Shown here in pieces: positions 36,430 to 48,500 of a stretch of DNA of 64,000 nucleotides (position 1 is its first letter; every line of letters begins with the position of its first letter). A model generated the notes under the pieces. It ran no database searches and was not told where the DNA came from. It worked only from the letters and a program-made list of their open reading frames with translations. The position numbers were made by a program, and so were the translations under genes. This DNA comes from Octopus sinensis (taxonomy: Eukaryota): contig NC_043004.1 of assembly GCF_006345805.1 (NCBI RefSeq), forward strand, positions 81,530,001 to 81,594,000. Direction: 5' to 3'.

Positions 36430-37794
36430 TGCTTTAAGTAGTAATCAATTATCGATATAAATTTCATAACAAAAGACAACGGGGCAAATATATTTACATT
36501 TTAAACTAAAACAAGGTTCTTTAAAGTACTTGACATATATTGTTTCTTAATTGGGTCGAAAACTACAAGTTATCAACCAAGGACAAACACAAAATCTTAT
36601 TAATTAAACATAACCAAGGGCAAAGTAACACATTTCAACAGCAGAAATTAGACAAAAAATATATATTTATGTGTACATATATATGAAAATAGATAAACAA
36701 TTACCACATATCGTAATAACATTATTTGAGATAAACAAAATATTCCAAACAAACACGTGAAAAATTATTAATAGCTGGACAGGATTTACAGCGACACCGG
36801 TTTGGTTGAAGCGGTGTAAGGGAAAAACGTGTCCCTGAAATGTTTTCAACTCTTCTCCTTTTGACCTTATTTACGTGTTTCAGGCTTCGGACTGCGGCCA
36901 TACTTGGGCACCACCATGACGGGTTTTAGCAGAGGGAATCGTTTCCAGGACTTATTCAATCGGTCTCTTTTTTGTCGAACCGCTACGTTACTTGGATACA
37001 AACAAAACATCAGTTGTCAAGCGGTGTATGTGGGGGGGGGGGGTGCACAAACCCAAATACATACGCACGCGCGCTCTATCACACACACACAAACACACAT
37101 AATACGCACTCACACACACACATAACACACACACACACACACTCATATATTCTTCTATTCTTTTACTTGTTTGAGTCATTTGACTGTGGCCATGCTGGAG
37201 CTCCGCCTTGAAGGGTTTTGATCAAAGAAATCGACCCAGCACTTATTTTTTGTAAGCCTAGTATTTATTCTATCAGTTTCTTTTGCCAAACTTCTAATTT
37301 ATGGGGACGTAAACAAACAAATATTGGTAGGGGACAACCACAGACACAAAGACACACACAGATATAGACATATATATATACATTTATATACGACAGGCTT
37401 CTTTCAGTTTCCATCTACCAAATCAGTACACAAGGCTTTGGTCAGCCCGAGGCTACAGTAGAAGACGCTTGCCCAAGGTACCATTCAGAGGGACTGAACT
37501 TGGAACCATGTGGTTGGGAAACAAGTTTCTTATCACACCACATGGGTGCTTTTATGTGGCACTGCCGTGAGTGCTTTACTGATCTTTCTGGGTGAGTAAA
37601 GCAATCATGGTGGTGCCATGTAAAAGCATCCAACACGCTCTGTAAAGTAGTTGGCACTAGGAAGCATGTCCAGCTGTAGAAACCCCACCAAATCAGACTG
37701 GAACCCGGTGCAGCCCTCTGCCTTGCCAGCTCAGGTCATACTGTCCAACCCATACTAATACGGACAACTAACATTAAATGATGATTATGATATA

Positions 37795-39066
37795 GAAAGT
37801 TCTGAGCGTTTTTAAGCTAAATCTTTTAACACTTTATTGAACACACCTGAAATGTAACACAGTTAAAACTTTGGTGTTGCTTGAGGTGGTAGTGCATCTC
37901 TTCATTGTTCCTGACTAAAAATAGATTTATCTTTCATTCCAGTTACCCTTTATTGACATTTGAAATGGATAACCAAAAATTTCATTTTCGTGCTGCAATG
38001 CTTTTCTTTTTTTTAGAAAAGGAGAAAATGCTTCAAAGACTTGCGAAAACATCTGTGAAGTTTACAGTGATAATGATGCTGTAGATGAATCAACAGTTTG
38101 AAGGTGGTCTGCAAAATTTAAAGCTAGAGAGTTTAGCTTGGAAGATGACAGTCGCAGTGGAAGACCTTCAAAATTAAATGAAGATGTTTTGAAAGCAAAG
38201 ATCAAAGAAAACTCAAATATCACGACTAGAGAACTTGCAGAGGAGTTGGAAGTTTCTAAAAGTACGGCTCATAAACTCTTAGTGAAGCTTGGATACATTT
38301 CTTGCTTTACTGTATGGGTCCATCTCAAACTCTCAGAAAAGAATTGCTTGGACCGGTATTCCATTTGTGATATGGTTTTGAAATGGAATGAAAACATGCC
38401 ATTTTTTGAAACAACTTGTAACTGGAGATGAAAAATGGATTGTGTACGAAAACATAGTGTAAAAAAGATCCTAGGGTTTGCATAAGGATCCCCCAAAACA
38501 GCAACCAAAGATGAATATCCATGCCAAAAAAGCTATGCTTTGTGTATGGTGGGATCATAAAGGTATTATTTATTATGAGCTTCTCCCACAAAACCAGACC
38601 ATTAATTCTCATGTGTACTGTCATCAGCTGGCTATTTTGAACCAAAAAATCAAAGAATTGAAGCCAGAGATTGCCAACAGGGAAGGAGTGGTGTTCCAAC
38701 AAGACAATGACTGACCACATGTGTCTATGGCTAGCTGAACAAAGTTACACGAACTTGGCTGGAATCTCTTACCCCATCCACCATATTCTGTGCCATCCAA
38801 CTACCACTTATTTTTGTCTCTACAGAACTCATTGCAAAGAAATAAAATTTAACGATTTAGATGGAGTCAAAATGCATCTAGATAACTTTTTTCCTTCAAA
38901 ACCAGTCAAAGTTTATGTTGATGGAAAATTTAAATTGCCTGTCAGATAGGCAAAGGTCATAAATAATAATGGAAATCATTTCATTGAAGAAAATCTATTA
39001 AAAGGTTAATTATATATATCCCTTTTTGCATATTAAAAACTACTCAGAACTTTCCAGACAACCTAA
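37795..39066 (+). mobile_element. Near-full-length inactive mariner (mellifera-like), transposase pseudogene from ATG 37965
   Basis: MDNQKFHFR..RKG.NA..RSGRPS..TTRELAEEL..VTGDEKW..KAMLCVWWD..QQDN..HPPYS with stops and frameshifts; right TIR + TA at 39067-68; left TIR clipped by an RTE tail. Confidence 0.9.
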
Positions 39067-39210
39067 TATATGTCATAGTGTCACAGTAACGACCAGACAA
39101 TAAGATTCTTTCATACACTGTGGGTCACAATGCACTTCCATTTCTGTCTTGATTATGCCATTCTTTTTCATCTTGACTTCATTGTTGTGAAGACCTTCCA
39201 AGTACCCTAT

Positions 39211-39630
39211 ATCATCATCATCATCATCGTTTAACGTCTGCTTTCCATGCTAGCATGGGTTGGACGAATGACTGAGGGCTGACGAACCAGATGGCTGCAC
39301 CAGGCTTCATTCTTGATCTGGCAGAGTTTCTACAGCTGGATGCCCTTCCTAATGCCAACCACTACGAGTGTAGTGGGTGCTTTTACGTGCCAGTCAGGCG
39401 GTACTGGCAACGACCACGCTTGAATCTTTTACACATGCCACCGGCACAGGTGCCAGTAAGGTGATGCTGGTAACAATCACGCTCGAATGGTGTCTTTTTG
39501 TGCCACCGGCACAGAGGCCAGATAGCCACTCTGGCAACAATCATGCTCAGATGGTGTTCTTAGCACCCTACTAACATGGGGCTCAAGTGCCAGTAAGGCG
39601 ACGCTGGTAACGATTACGCTCGAATGGTGC
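39211..39630 (-). mobile_element. RTE 3'-UTR-derived copy
   Basis: (ATC)n tail plus subrepeats. Confidence 0.85.
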
Positions 39631-39639
39631 CTCGTTAGC

Positions 39640-39809
39640 TACTATACACATTTTGTTTTCTCTCCTTGTTTTTTTCTGTGTATCTTTCCGTAGAAGAGCG
39701 TAGGCTCAAAACGTAAAAGACTTTTTTCTATTCCTGAGCGCTATACTAATACATCTGTTTGTTTGTACATCTCCTGCCTTCATCTTTTGTTTATTTTCGT
39801 AAACTTTCC

Positions 39810-39815
<6 letters not shown>
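39640..39815 (+). repeat. Family H copy, degenerate hammerhead-like core
   Basis: tcttt-CCGTAGA-a-GAGC-gtag-GCTC-AAA-ACGT-A-aaaga; abuts (TA)n. Confidence 0.6.
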
Positions 39816-39863
<48 letters not shown>

Positions 39864-40723
39864 TTCAAGAATCTTAGTGGTTTCATCATTGCTTCGAAAG
39901 ATTCAATAACATCTTCGTTGTTTTGTTGAAGTGACAGATATTGGAACCAGTTGATTTCGTTTTGCTACAAGACCCTTCATTAGTTAGAGGCAGAAACAGT
40001 AAAAATTAGATTTAGCCCTTTTGATACCAAGTCTGGCTCATAGAGAGCTGAATTAAAACTTTCCATCAAAAGTTCAGGTTATGTACCAGTCATCACTAAA
40101 TAACAAACAACCAAGTTATTCTAATAAATTCTTCGTTATTTTCAAAATTAATTGAAACAAGAGCAGTGTATTTCAACAGAAACATGGTAATAAGGCACAT
40201 AGCTTTGTAGGTAGGGTATTGGGTTGATGTTCCTGTGGTTGTGAGTTCGAGTCCCAGCAGCATGTGTCCTTGAGCAAGACATTTTATTTCATGTTGTCTA
40301 AGTTCACTCAGCTGGCAGAAATGAGTAGCACCTGTATTTCAAAGGGTCAGCCTTGTCACACTCTGTGTCACGCTGAATCTCCCTGAGAACTAAGTTAAGG
40401 GTACAATTGTCTGTGGAGTACTCAGCCGCTTGCATGATGATTTTATAAAAGGGCTGTTCCATTGGTTGGGTCAACTGGACCACTTGTCAGAATCAACAAA
40501 GTGCCACTAACAAATAATCATTTCTACTCTTGGCACAAGGCCTCAAGAATATTTTGGGGGGAAGGGGGCTAGTCGATTACATCAACCCCGAAAGGATGGA
40601 AAGTCAAGTTGATCTGGGCAGAATTTGAACTCAGAATGCAGCGGCAGACGAAACACCGCTAAGCATTTCGCCTGGTGTGCTAACAATTCTACCAGAGTGC
40701 CACTAAGAACAATAACAAAAGAG

Positions 40724-41156
40724 TAAAGATTGTTTGTCAATATAACATGGCGGTCCTGGTTTAGGACGAATGTTGCTGTAATTTAGCCCCAGGAGACATC
40801 GTCTCCAGTTGGCTATATGACACAATCTGTGTCCTTATATTTTTGAACAAGGCGAATGTAAGGACACATATTGTGTCATATAGCCAGCTGGAGATGGTGT
40901 CTTATCATCATCATCAACGTCCGCTTTCCATGCTAACATGGGTTGGAAGATTTTACTGAGGTCTGGTGAACCAGATGGCTGCACCAGGCTCCAATCTTGA
41001 TCTGGCAAAGTTTCTACAGCTGGATGCCTTTCCTAATGCTAACCACTCTGAGAGTGTAGTGGGTGCTTTTACAAGTCACTGGCACGAGGGCCAGTCAGGT
41101 GGTACAACATTCGTCCTAAACCAGGACTGCCATGTTATGTTGGCAAACAATCTTTA
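40724..41156. mobile_element. Palindromic MITE with 52-bp TIRs and an internal 47-bp hairpin, interrupted by an RTE tail (about 40905-41103)
   Basis: 40724-40775 vs 41105-41156 (3 mismatches, TA at both ends); 40795-40841 vs 40855-40901. Confidence 0.75.
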
Positions 41157-42646
41157 TTCCAAAGTACTCTTGCTGAATATCTCACGTTGTGAGATTTCAA
41201 AATTGTAATTATTTTCTAATAACAAAAGAGTTTAGAAGAAAAGAAGACACAAACACACATTTTAAGTTTCACATAGCTTGTGTATAGCATATATATATTT
41301 TTATTATAATTATTATACTCCACAAACTTTATATCACAGTTTTAAGGAAACATGTCAAAATTTGAAAAAAAAAAATAATAATAATGATAATATAAGAAAT
41401 TATAATTGTAGCAGGTTGTCAAACTATATATATTAACATTTATTAATGTATTACTGGTTGATGTGTGTGTATGTTAATATTTCTATGGTATCAAAATATT
41501 TAGCAAATAAAGAAGCAATAATGTTAATATTAATAATAATAATAATGATAGTAATAATAATAATAATTATTATTTTGCAAGATTATATAATCCATTGAAA
41601 ACCATGGAGATATTTTTACTAATAAATATAGCAATAAAACAAAAATAATTGTTTCTAACTTAGACACAAGGCCAGCAATTTTAAGGGAAGGGAGCTGGTT
41701 GATGCCGTCGACCTTAATGCCTGACAGGTGCTCAATTATACTGACTCAAAATGGATGAAAGGTAGAGTCTACGTTAGCAGGATTTGAACTCAGAATGGAA
41801 AGAACCAGAAAAAATAGCATAAGGCATTTTTTTTCTGATACTTTTAACAATTCTGCTAACTTGCCACATTATCAATAATAATAATAAGGAGAAGAAAAAT
41901 AATGGTTTCTGATTTTAGGCACAAGGTCAACGATTCTGTAGGGAGGAAGCGGTCAGTTGACACCGTCGACTCCAGCTCTTGACTGGGACTTCATTTTATC
42001 AACCCTGAAAGGATGAAAGGCAATATTGATCTTGGCAGGAATTGAACTCAGCCTGCCATATTATCAATAATAATAATAATAATAGCAATGATAATAATAA
42101 TCTTGTTGTTGATTATATAATTGAAATTTCAGATCTAAAGGGGAAAAGGGGCCACAAGAAAGTGGGATGTTTTAGCATTCATGCCTAAAACTATCACAAC
42201 CTAGAAATCAAAACTTTGTCAATGGATGATAACGGTGGTGGTGTGGTGGTGGTGGTGGTAGTAGTAGTATTTTCATTTGATTTTTACATAGACTGAGAAG
42301 AAAAATTCAAATTTATATTGGATAGAGGAATTACAGTGCAGTAAGATTTATTACAATTCTGAGAAGAAAGCAATTAGGGCCACAAAGTAAGTAATATATA
42401 ATTCCTAATTAGGTATGTATATATATATATTATAATAAGATGAGAAAATTGAGAGATAATTAATAAATTATTATTATTATTCATTAATTAAAAAATTGAC
42501 AAACATCCCTTACAGCTGTTACAATTCTAGACCTTCAGAGAAATTAATTAATTAAATGAAAAATTATTTTAAAGTCAAATCTCTTCAGAGTTAGTTAAAG
42601 ATATACAAAATAGGTGTTCAATTCCTGCATGTTAAGTAAATGGCTG

Positions 42647-42698
<52 letters not shown>

Positions 42699-42800
42699 CC
42701 ATAATAATAAAGGGTAAAATTAATTAATTAACTAGTAATCAATAATTTTACCAAGTAGAATTCGGCATGAAAAAGGACCATTTCTCGGTAAACTAAAGTA

Positions 42801-43034
42801 ATACTTTATAATTAGGGTTCAGCAAAGATTTGCTTTACCACATACCGAAGTTTAGAAATAGCAGCCAAAGAACCTTAGCTATTTCCTCTACTTTAAAAAG
42901 AAGCTCCCGAACAGAAACAAAGTACTTGGAGCTTCATTTTAAAGTAGAGGAAATAGCTAAGGTTCTTTGGCTGCTATTTCTAAACTTCGGTATGTGGTAA
43001 AGCAAATCTTTGCTGAACCCTAATTATGAAGTAT
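42801..43034. repeat. Near-perfect palindrome, 107-bp arms, 20-nt loop
   Basis: 42801-42907 vs 42928-43034, 2 mismatches. Confidence 0.95.
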
Positions 43035-43942
43035 ATATATATATATATATCTCACTGATGAAGGCAAAACATTTCTTATGCAGTGCCATTCCGGGATCTG
43101 GAATTATCTAGTAATTTTTTGCTAGTTTATTTTGTCTCTTTGTCTTCTCTCCTGATGCTGAATGAACATTTAATGTGGTTTTAGAGTCAAGTTTTGGCTG
43201 CTATTTCTTGCATGGTGGTATCTCTTAGATGCCCTTAATTATAATACATATATATAGATAGATAGAGAGAGAGAGAAAGAGATACTACGTACTTCTAATA
43301 CAAGGGTGTACTAACCACTTTCATGCTTATTTTGTTTTTTTCTATACATATGTGCGTGTATGCAGATAGCGTATACATACATTGATATAAAAATGCTTGC
43401 GTTCATTTGTTCATTTTATATACACCCATCTGTATGTTATGCATGTATGAAAAGAGGTTGTCATACGTTAATTAATATGGTCGTTAACTTAGCAGTTAGC
43501 TTATACTGTTCACATTAATAGAAGCTTGCTTTATAATTTAAATCAATTAATACAGAAGAGAAATAGGACAAGGGGTAATGGGGGCTGAAATGGTAGGGTG
43601 CGGTGGGGTGGGGCAGAAATAGGGGCTGTAAGAGAAAGTAAAAAGGGAAAGACAGGTAAGACCTTGAATAGTTGCATGAACACCTTAATTCTTTAGTCAG
43701 AACACACTGAAGCTGCCTCACGTACAATCTTATTTACCATATTCAGGAAGCAGATAATGAGAAAAAGAATAGCATATACCATATTTGATGGCATAGAAGA
43801 AACACTTTTTCCCCCCGCCCCTCAAAAAAATCTCTCTGGGTCCTACACCAAAAGATGGACCTCCCATAAAGCTAATTTTGTCTTTGACGCTCACAACTAC
43901 AGACTAATTTTTAATTCAGACAGTCACTTCAAATTAGTCTGG

Positions 43943-43980
<38 letters not shown>

Positions 43981-44198
43981 TAATAATGATGGTTTCAAAT
44001 ATTGGCACAAAGCCAGCAGTTTTGGTGGGAAAGGATGTTGGTTTGATCAACCCCAGTGTTCAACTGGTGCTTATTTTAATGACCCCTGTCCCAAAAAGGA
44101 TAAAAGGCAAAGTCAATTTTGGTGGAATTTGAACTCAGAACATAAAGACAGATGAAAAATTTTGCCTGGCGTCCTAACAATTCTGCCAGCTCACCACT

Positions 44199-44231
<33 letters not shown>

Positions 44232-45418
44232 GTTTCAAATTTTGACACAAGGCCAGCAAGTTCAAGGGAGGGTATAAGTTAATTGCATCAACCCCAGTAT
44301 GCAACTGGTACTTTATTTTATCGACCCTCGAAAGGATGAAAGGCAAAGTTGGCCTCGGCAGCATTTGAACCCAGAACATTAAGACGGACAAAATGCTGCT
44401 AAGCATTTTACCCAGCATGCTAATGGTTCTGCCAGCTTGTCACCTTATCCAATAATAATAATAATCACACTACTACTAATAATAATAACAATAATAATAT
44501 TCACTTAATCATTATTATTATTATTATTATTATTGTCATTACTTCTGCTGTAAAAGAAATTATAACAGAGTGGACCAGCAGTGTTTGCCAATACCAACTA
44601 ATTCCCTGTAATCTTGTAGGATATTTCCATTATCATGATAACCCTAACCCTAACTGCCTTTTCATATACAATAACATTTTCTGCTATAGCTAAGGTGCTT
44701 CTCGAGTGTCCTGTAATGCACTGCTAGACTGTTTTAAATATTACATGCAATAAGCTTTTTTCCTGAATATACAATGTTAAAATTGGGATTGGGGTGCATT
44801 TAATACACTCATGCATCTTTTAGGCCATTAAATAGAGTATATTTTTTTTTAAATGTCTTAATTTCTATTCTGTTGAATGTTTGTTGTCCTTTATTTCTTT
44901 TGTTCTGTTGTTTTAATTTCTAACAATCTGTCGCTTATATCAAATATATATTAGTGGAGGGATTAAAACAAGTTATGTTATAATTAGAGTAATGTGGCAT
45001 ATATTGCAAGTGTAAATATATATATGTGCATATATGTGTGCATGTGTGTGTATGTATACATACATAGACACATACCTACATACATGGTTTTGTGTGTGTG
45101 TGCTTGTGTAAACTTATGTTTGTGTGTTGGTTCTATGAATATATAAATTATGTGGGTAGGTATGGAGTTTAGGCACACACACATACATCTGTGTGTGTAC
45201 ATATATATATTTGCTTCTATACAAATACAAGTACATATGTGTACTTATATTATTTATATACATCACAATGTTAATTGGGAAAAAGATATATACACATACA
45301 TATACGTATGTATAAATATTAGGGTGTGTGTGTGTGTGAGCATGTGTGTAATATACATACATGTATCTATATATGTATATATATAAATTCCTTGCTGAAT
45401 GCAAATAATAAAAGTAGT

Positions 45419-45532
45419 TTAGGCGTGGATCAAATCATCATCACTGTCTTCAAAGTCGTCATGGTCAACAAGGCCCTCAATGGCAGATCTTTTGCGTCTT
45501 ACAACAACAATAATAAAACCAATAGGAATCAC
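45419..45532 (-). CDS. LMBRD1: LMBRD1 last exon (VIPIGFIIVVVRRKRSAIEGLVDHDDFEDSDDDLIHA*)
   Basis: tttccag acceptor; TAA at 45419-45421. Confidence 0.88.
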   Translation of the reverse strand: MIPIGFIIVVVRRKRSAIEGLVDHDDFEDSDDDLIHA

Positions 45533-48500
45533 CTGGAAAAGATAAAATAAAAAAACAAAACAATAAATAACAAATACAGAAGGCAGAGGAATGAATCAAA
45601 ATTGCTATTTATTTACATTGTCGTATTTTATTGGCATCATCATCATCATCGTTTAACTTTCATTTTCCATGCTGGCATGGGTTGGAGGGTTTGACTGAGG
45701 TCTGGAAAGCCAGCAGCTACACCAGGCTTCAATCTGATCTGACATGGTTTCTACAGCTGGCAGAATCATTAGCACGCTGGGTGAAATGCTTAGTGGTATT
45801 TCACCAGTTGCTACGTTCTGAGTTCAAATTCCGCTGAGGTCAACTTTGCCTTTCATCCTTTCGGGGGATCGATAAATTAAGTACCAGTGATACACTGGAG
45901 TCGTCATAATCGACTTGTTCTCCCCCGCCCCCAGCTATAGTAGAAAGGATTATTTCATGAGCTTCATTCACTGGACTTTGGCCAAGCTGGGGCACTGCCT
46001 TAAAGGATATAATCAATTACACTAACCCTCTTCCCTGCCATTACCTTCCTACTACCATCACTAGTTACTAGACAGGTATTTATTTTATCAATCGCAGAAG
46101 GATGAAAAGCAAAGTGTGCCTGGGCAAAATTTGAACTCTGGACATCAAGGTATAGTCCATTATCATTTTAATGCCCTGCTTTCCATACTTGCATGAGTCA
46201 GATGGAGTTTACTGAGGCAGATTTCCTATAGCCAGATGCTCTTCCTGTCACCAACTTTCACCTGTTTGCAAGCAAGACTGACATTTCCCCCATGACCAGA
46301 CATGTTTTTGCAAGAGATTGGAAACGAATGATGCTCATTTATATTATGATTGAGAAGACCCGGCAACTAAAGTGAGACTGCAGCCATGGTCGATGCCAGT
46401 ACCCCACCAACTGGCTCCCATACCAGTGACATGTAAAAAGCACCATTCGAACATGGTTGATACCAATGTCCCACCACCTCTACTGGCTCCAGTGCTGGTG
46501 GCACATAAAAAGCACAATGTGAACATGATCGATGCCAGGGCAACCTGACTTGCTCCCATGCCGGTGACACATAAAAAGCACCTACAACACTCCTAGAGTG
46601 GCTGGCATTAGGAAGGGCATCCAACTGTAGAAGCCGTGTCAGATCAGATTGAAGCCTGGTGTAGGAGATGGCTTTCCAGACCTCAGTCAAACTCTCCAAC
46701 CCATGCCAGCATAACAAATGGAAGTTAAACGATGATGATGATGTCAAGACAAGGACACACACACACAATGGGCTTCTTTTAGTTTCCATCTACCAATTCC
46801 ACTCACAAGGTTTTGATCAGTTTGAGACTATAGTAGAAAACACTTGCCCAAAACTATGTACATAGTGTCTCCTGCTACAATCGTGGTGCAGGCCAACCAA
46901 AGTCTTGTGAGTGAATTAGGTTGATAGAAACTGAAAGAAGCCTGTCATATATACAGGATGGTCCATAAGTTACAAAGGGATCTGAAATTTTAAAAAACAT
47001 CTTATGGGGTTCATTTCTCAGACAGGGATGCTAAGATATCGTAAATTTGAAGCAGAACATAAATGAATTATTAACATCTTTCTATCAATACGCATATGTG
47101 TGTATATATATATATCACCATCATCGTCGTCGTTTAATGTCTGCTTTCCACGCTAGCATGGGTTGGACGAATGACTGAGGGCTGGTGAACCAGATGGCTG
47201 CACCAGGCTTCAATCTTGATCTGGCAGAGTTTCTACAGCTGGATGCCCTTCCTAACGCCAACCACTCAGAGAGTGTGGTGTATGCTTTTACGTGCCACTG
47301 GCATGGGGCCAGTCAAACGGTACTGGCAACGACCTCGCTCAAATCTTTTACACATGCCACCAGCACAAGTTCCAGTAAAGCATTGCTGGTAATGATCACG
47401 CTCGAATGGTGCCTTTTATATATTTATATATATATATATATATATATGGATGTACATGTGTGTGTGTGCATGTGTGTATACATTGGTAGGGTATGTATGT
47501 GAGCCTGTCTCCTATTCATGATATTGCGGGAGAGTTTGTAAAGGAGCGTCACCATCATAGAAGTGGTGTTGCTTGTTTTCAGTCTTCGATGAAAAAACAT
47601 GTTTAGCCTAGCGGGAGATGGTAACTCATTTGGAAACTGGTGAGGGTTGGCAATGACAGGAAGAGAATCTGCAGCAATGAATTCAGTCCAGTGAATGCAA
47701 GCATGACAAAGAGATGTCAAACCAATGATGATAAATATACAGAAAGGAGAATTCCAACCAGGTTTCATGGCTTGCAACTTCAACAGCTCCTTTATAGAAT
47801 CCAGTGGCTAAAGACATCAGGAGGGACTATGTCTGGTTTCAGCCCCTACTCCTCTACCATTTTCGATCTGACGGCTGCCCCCACTACCCTTTTGGAGGTG
47901 TCTTCAGCTCTGGTGTTGAGTGCGTTTTTTCTTTCTCCTTTTTTCCTTTTGTTCCTTGATTTCTTCGATGCAGTGTCAACAAATGTCAGTGGGTGAATGA
48001 CAATCCTGCCAAATTTCCCTATAAATACTCACTGGTAGGCTCTAGCAGCCAGCACCAGCTAACTGTCATGTGACACTGGCTAAGCTTCAACTGACCAACG
48101 GATGGAAAGGGCCGGTAGTTTTGGCCTGCACCCTCTCTAAACCTGCCTTCCAACAGTGTTGTGAGTGCATGGCACCTGATCAGGGTTACATATAAAATAA
48201 ATAAATAGAAAAAGAGAAGAAATTGAAAAAAAAAAAACTTACAGCAAGGAAAACCCATGAGAACCAATAATAAGCAGCACCGAAAAACCACATAGTGTAG
48301 AAGAACTTGGTGAGTAGAACTGCCAATCTCGTCATTATGCAGAGATCTGCAATAAAAATAGCAAAAGAATAATGATACAAATAAGAGTAACAAGAATAAT
48401 AACTTGCAAATTCAGTCTTAACCTTTTCAAACCTGGGTCCCTGTGTCTAACTTTATTCTCCACCTGGGTCCCTGAGTAAAAGAATAGTTGCATAAACAGT

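Noticed and set aside
43053-43100. CTGATGA-a-GGCA..TGCC hammerhead half
   Set aside because: No GAAA follows the putative stem II.
43757-44155. 132-aa intergenic ORF
   Set aside because: No recognisable domain; the distal half is (AAT)n plus an antisense SINE-B.
47640-47996. 118-aa ORF
   Set aside because: Begins in an RTE-UTR-type repeat and continues into unassigned degenerate TE-like sequence; no splice or domain support.
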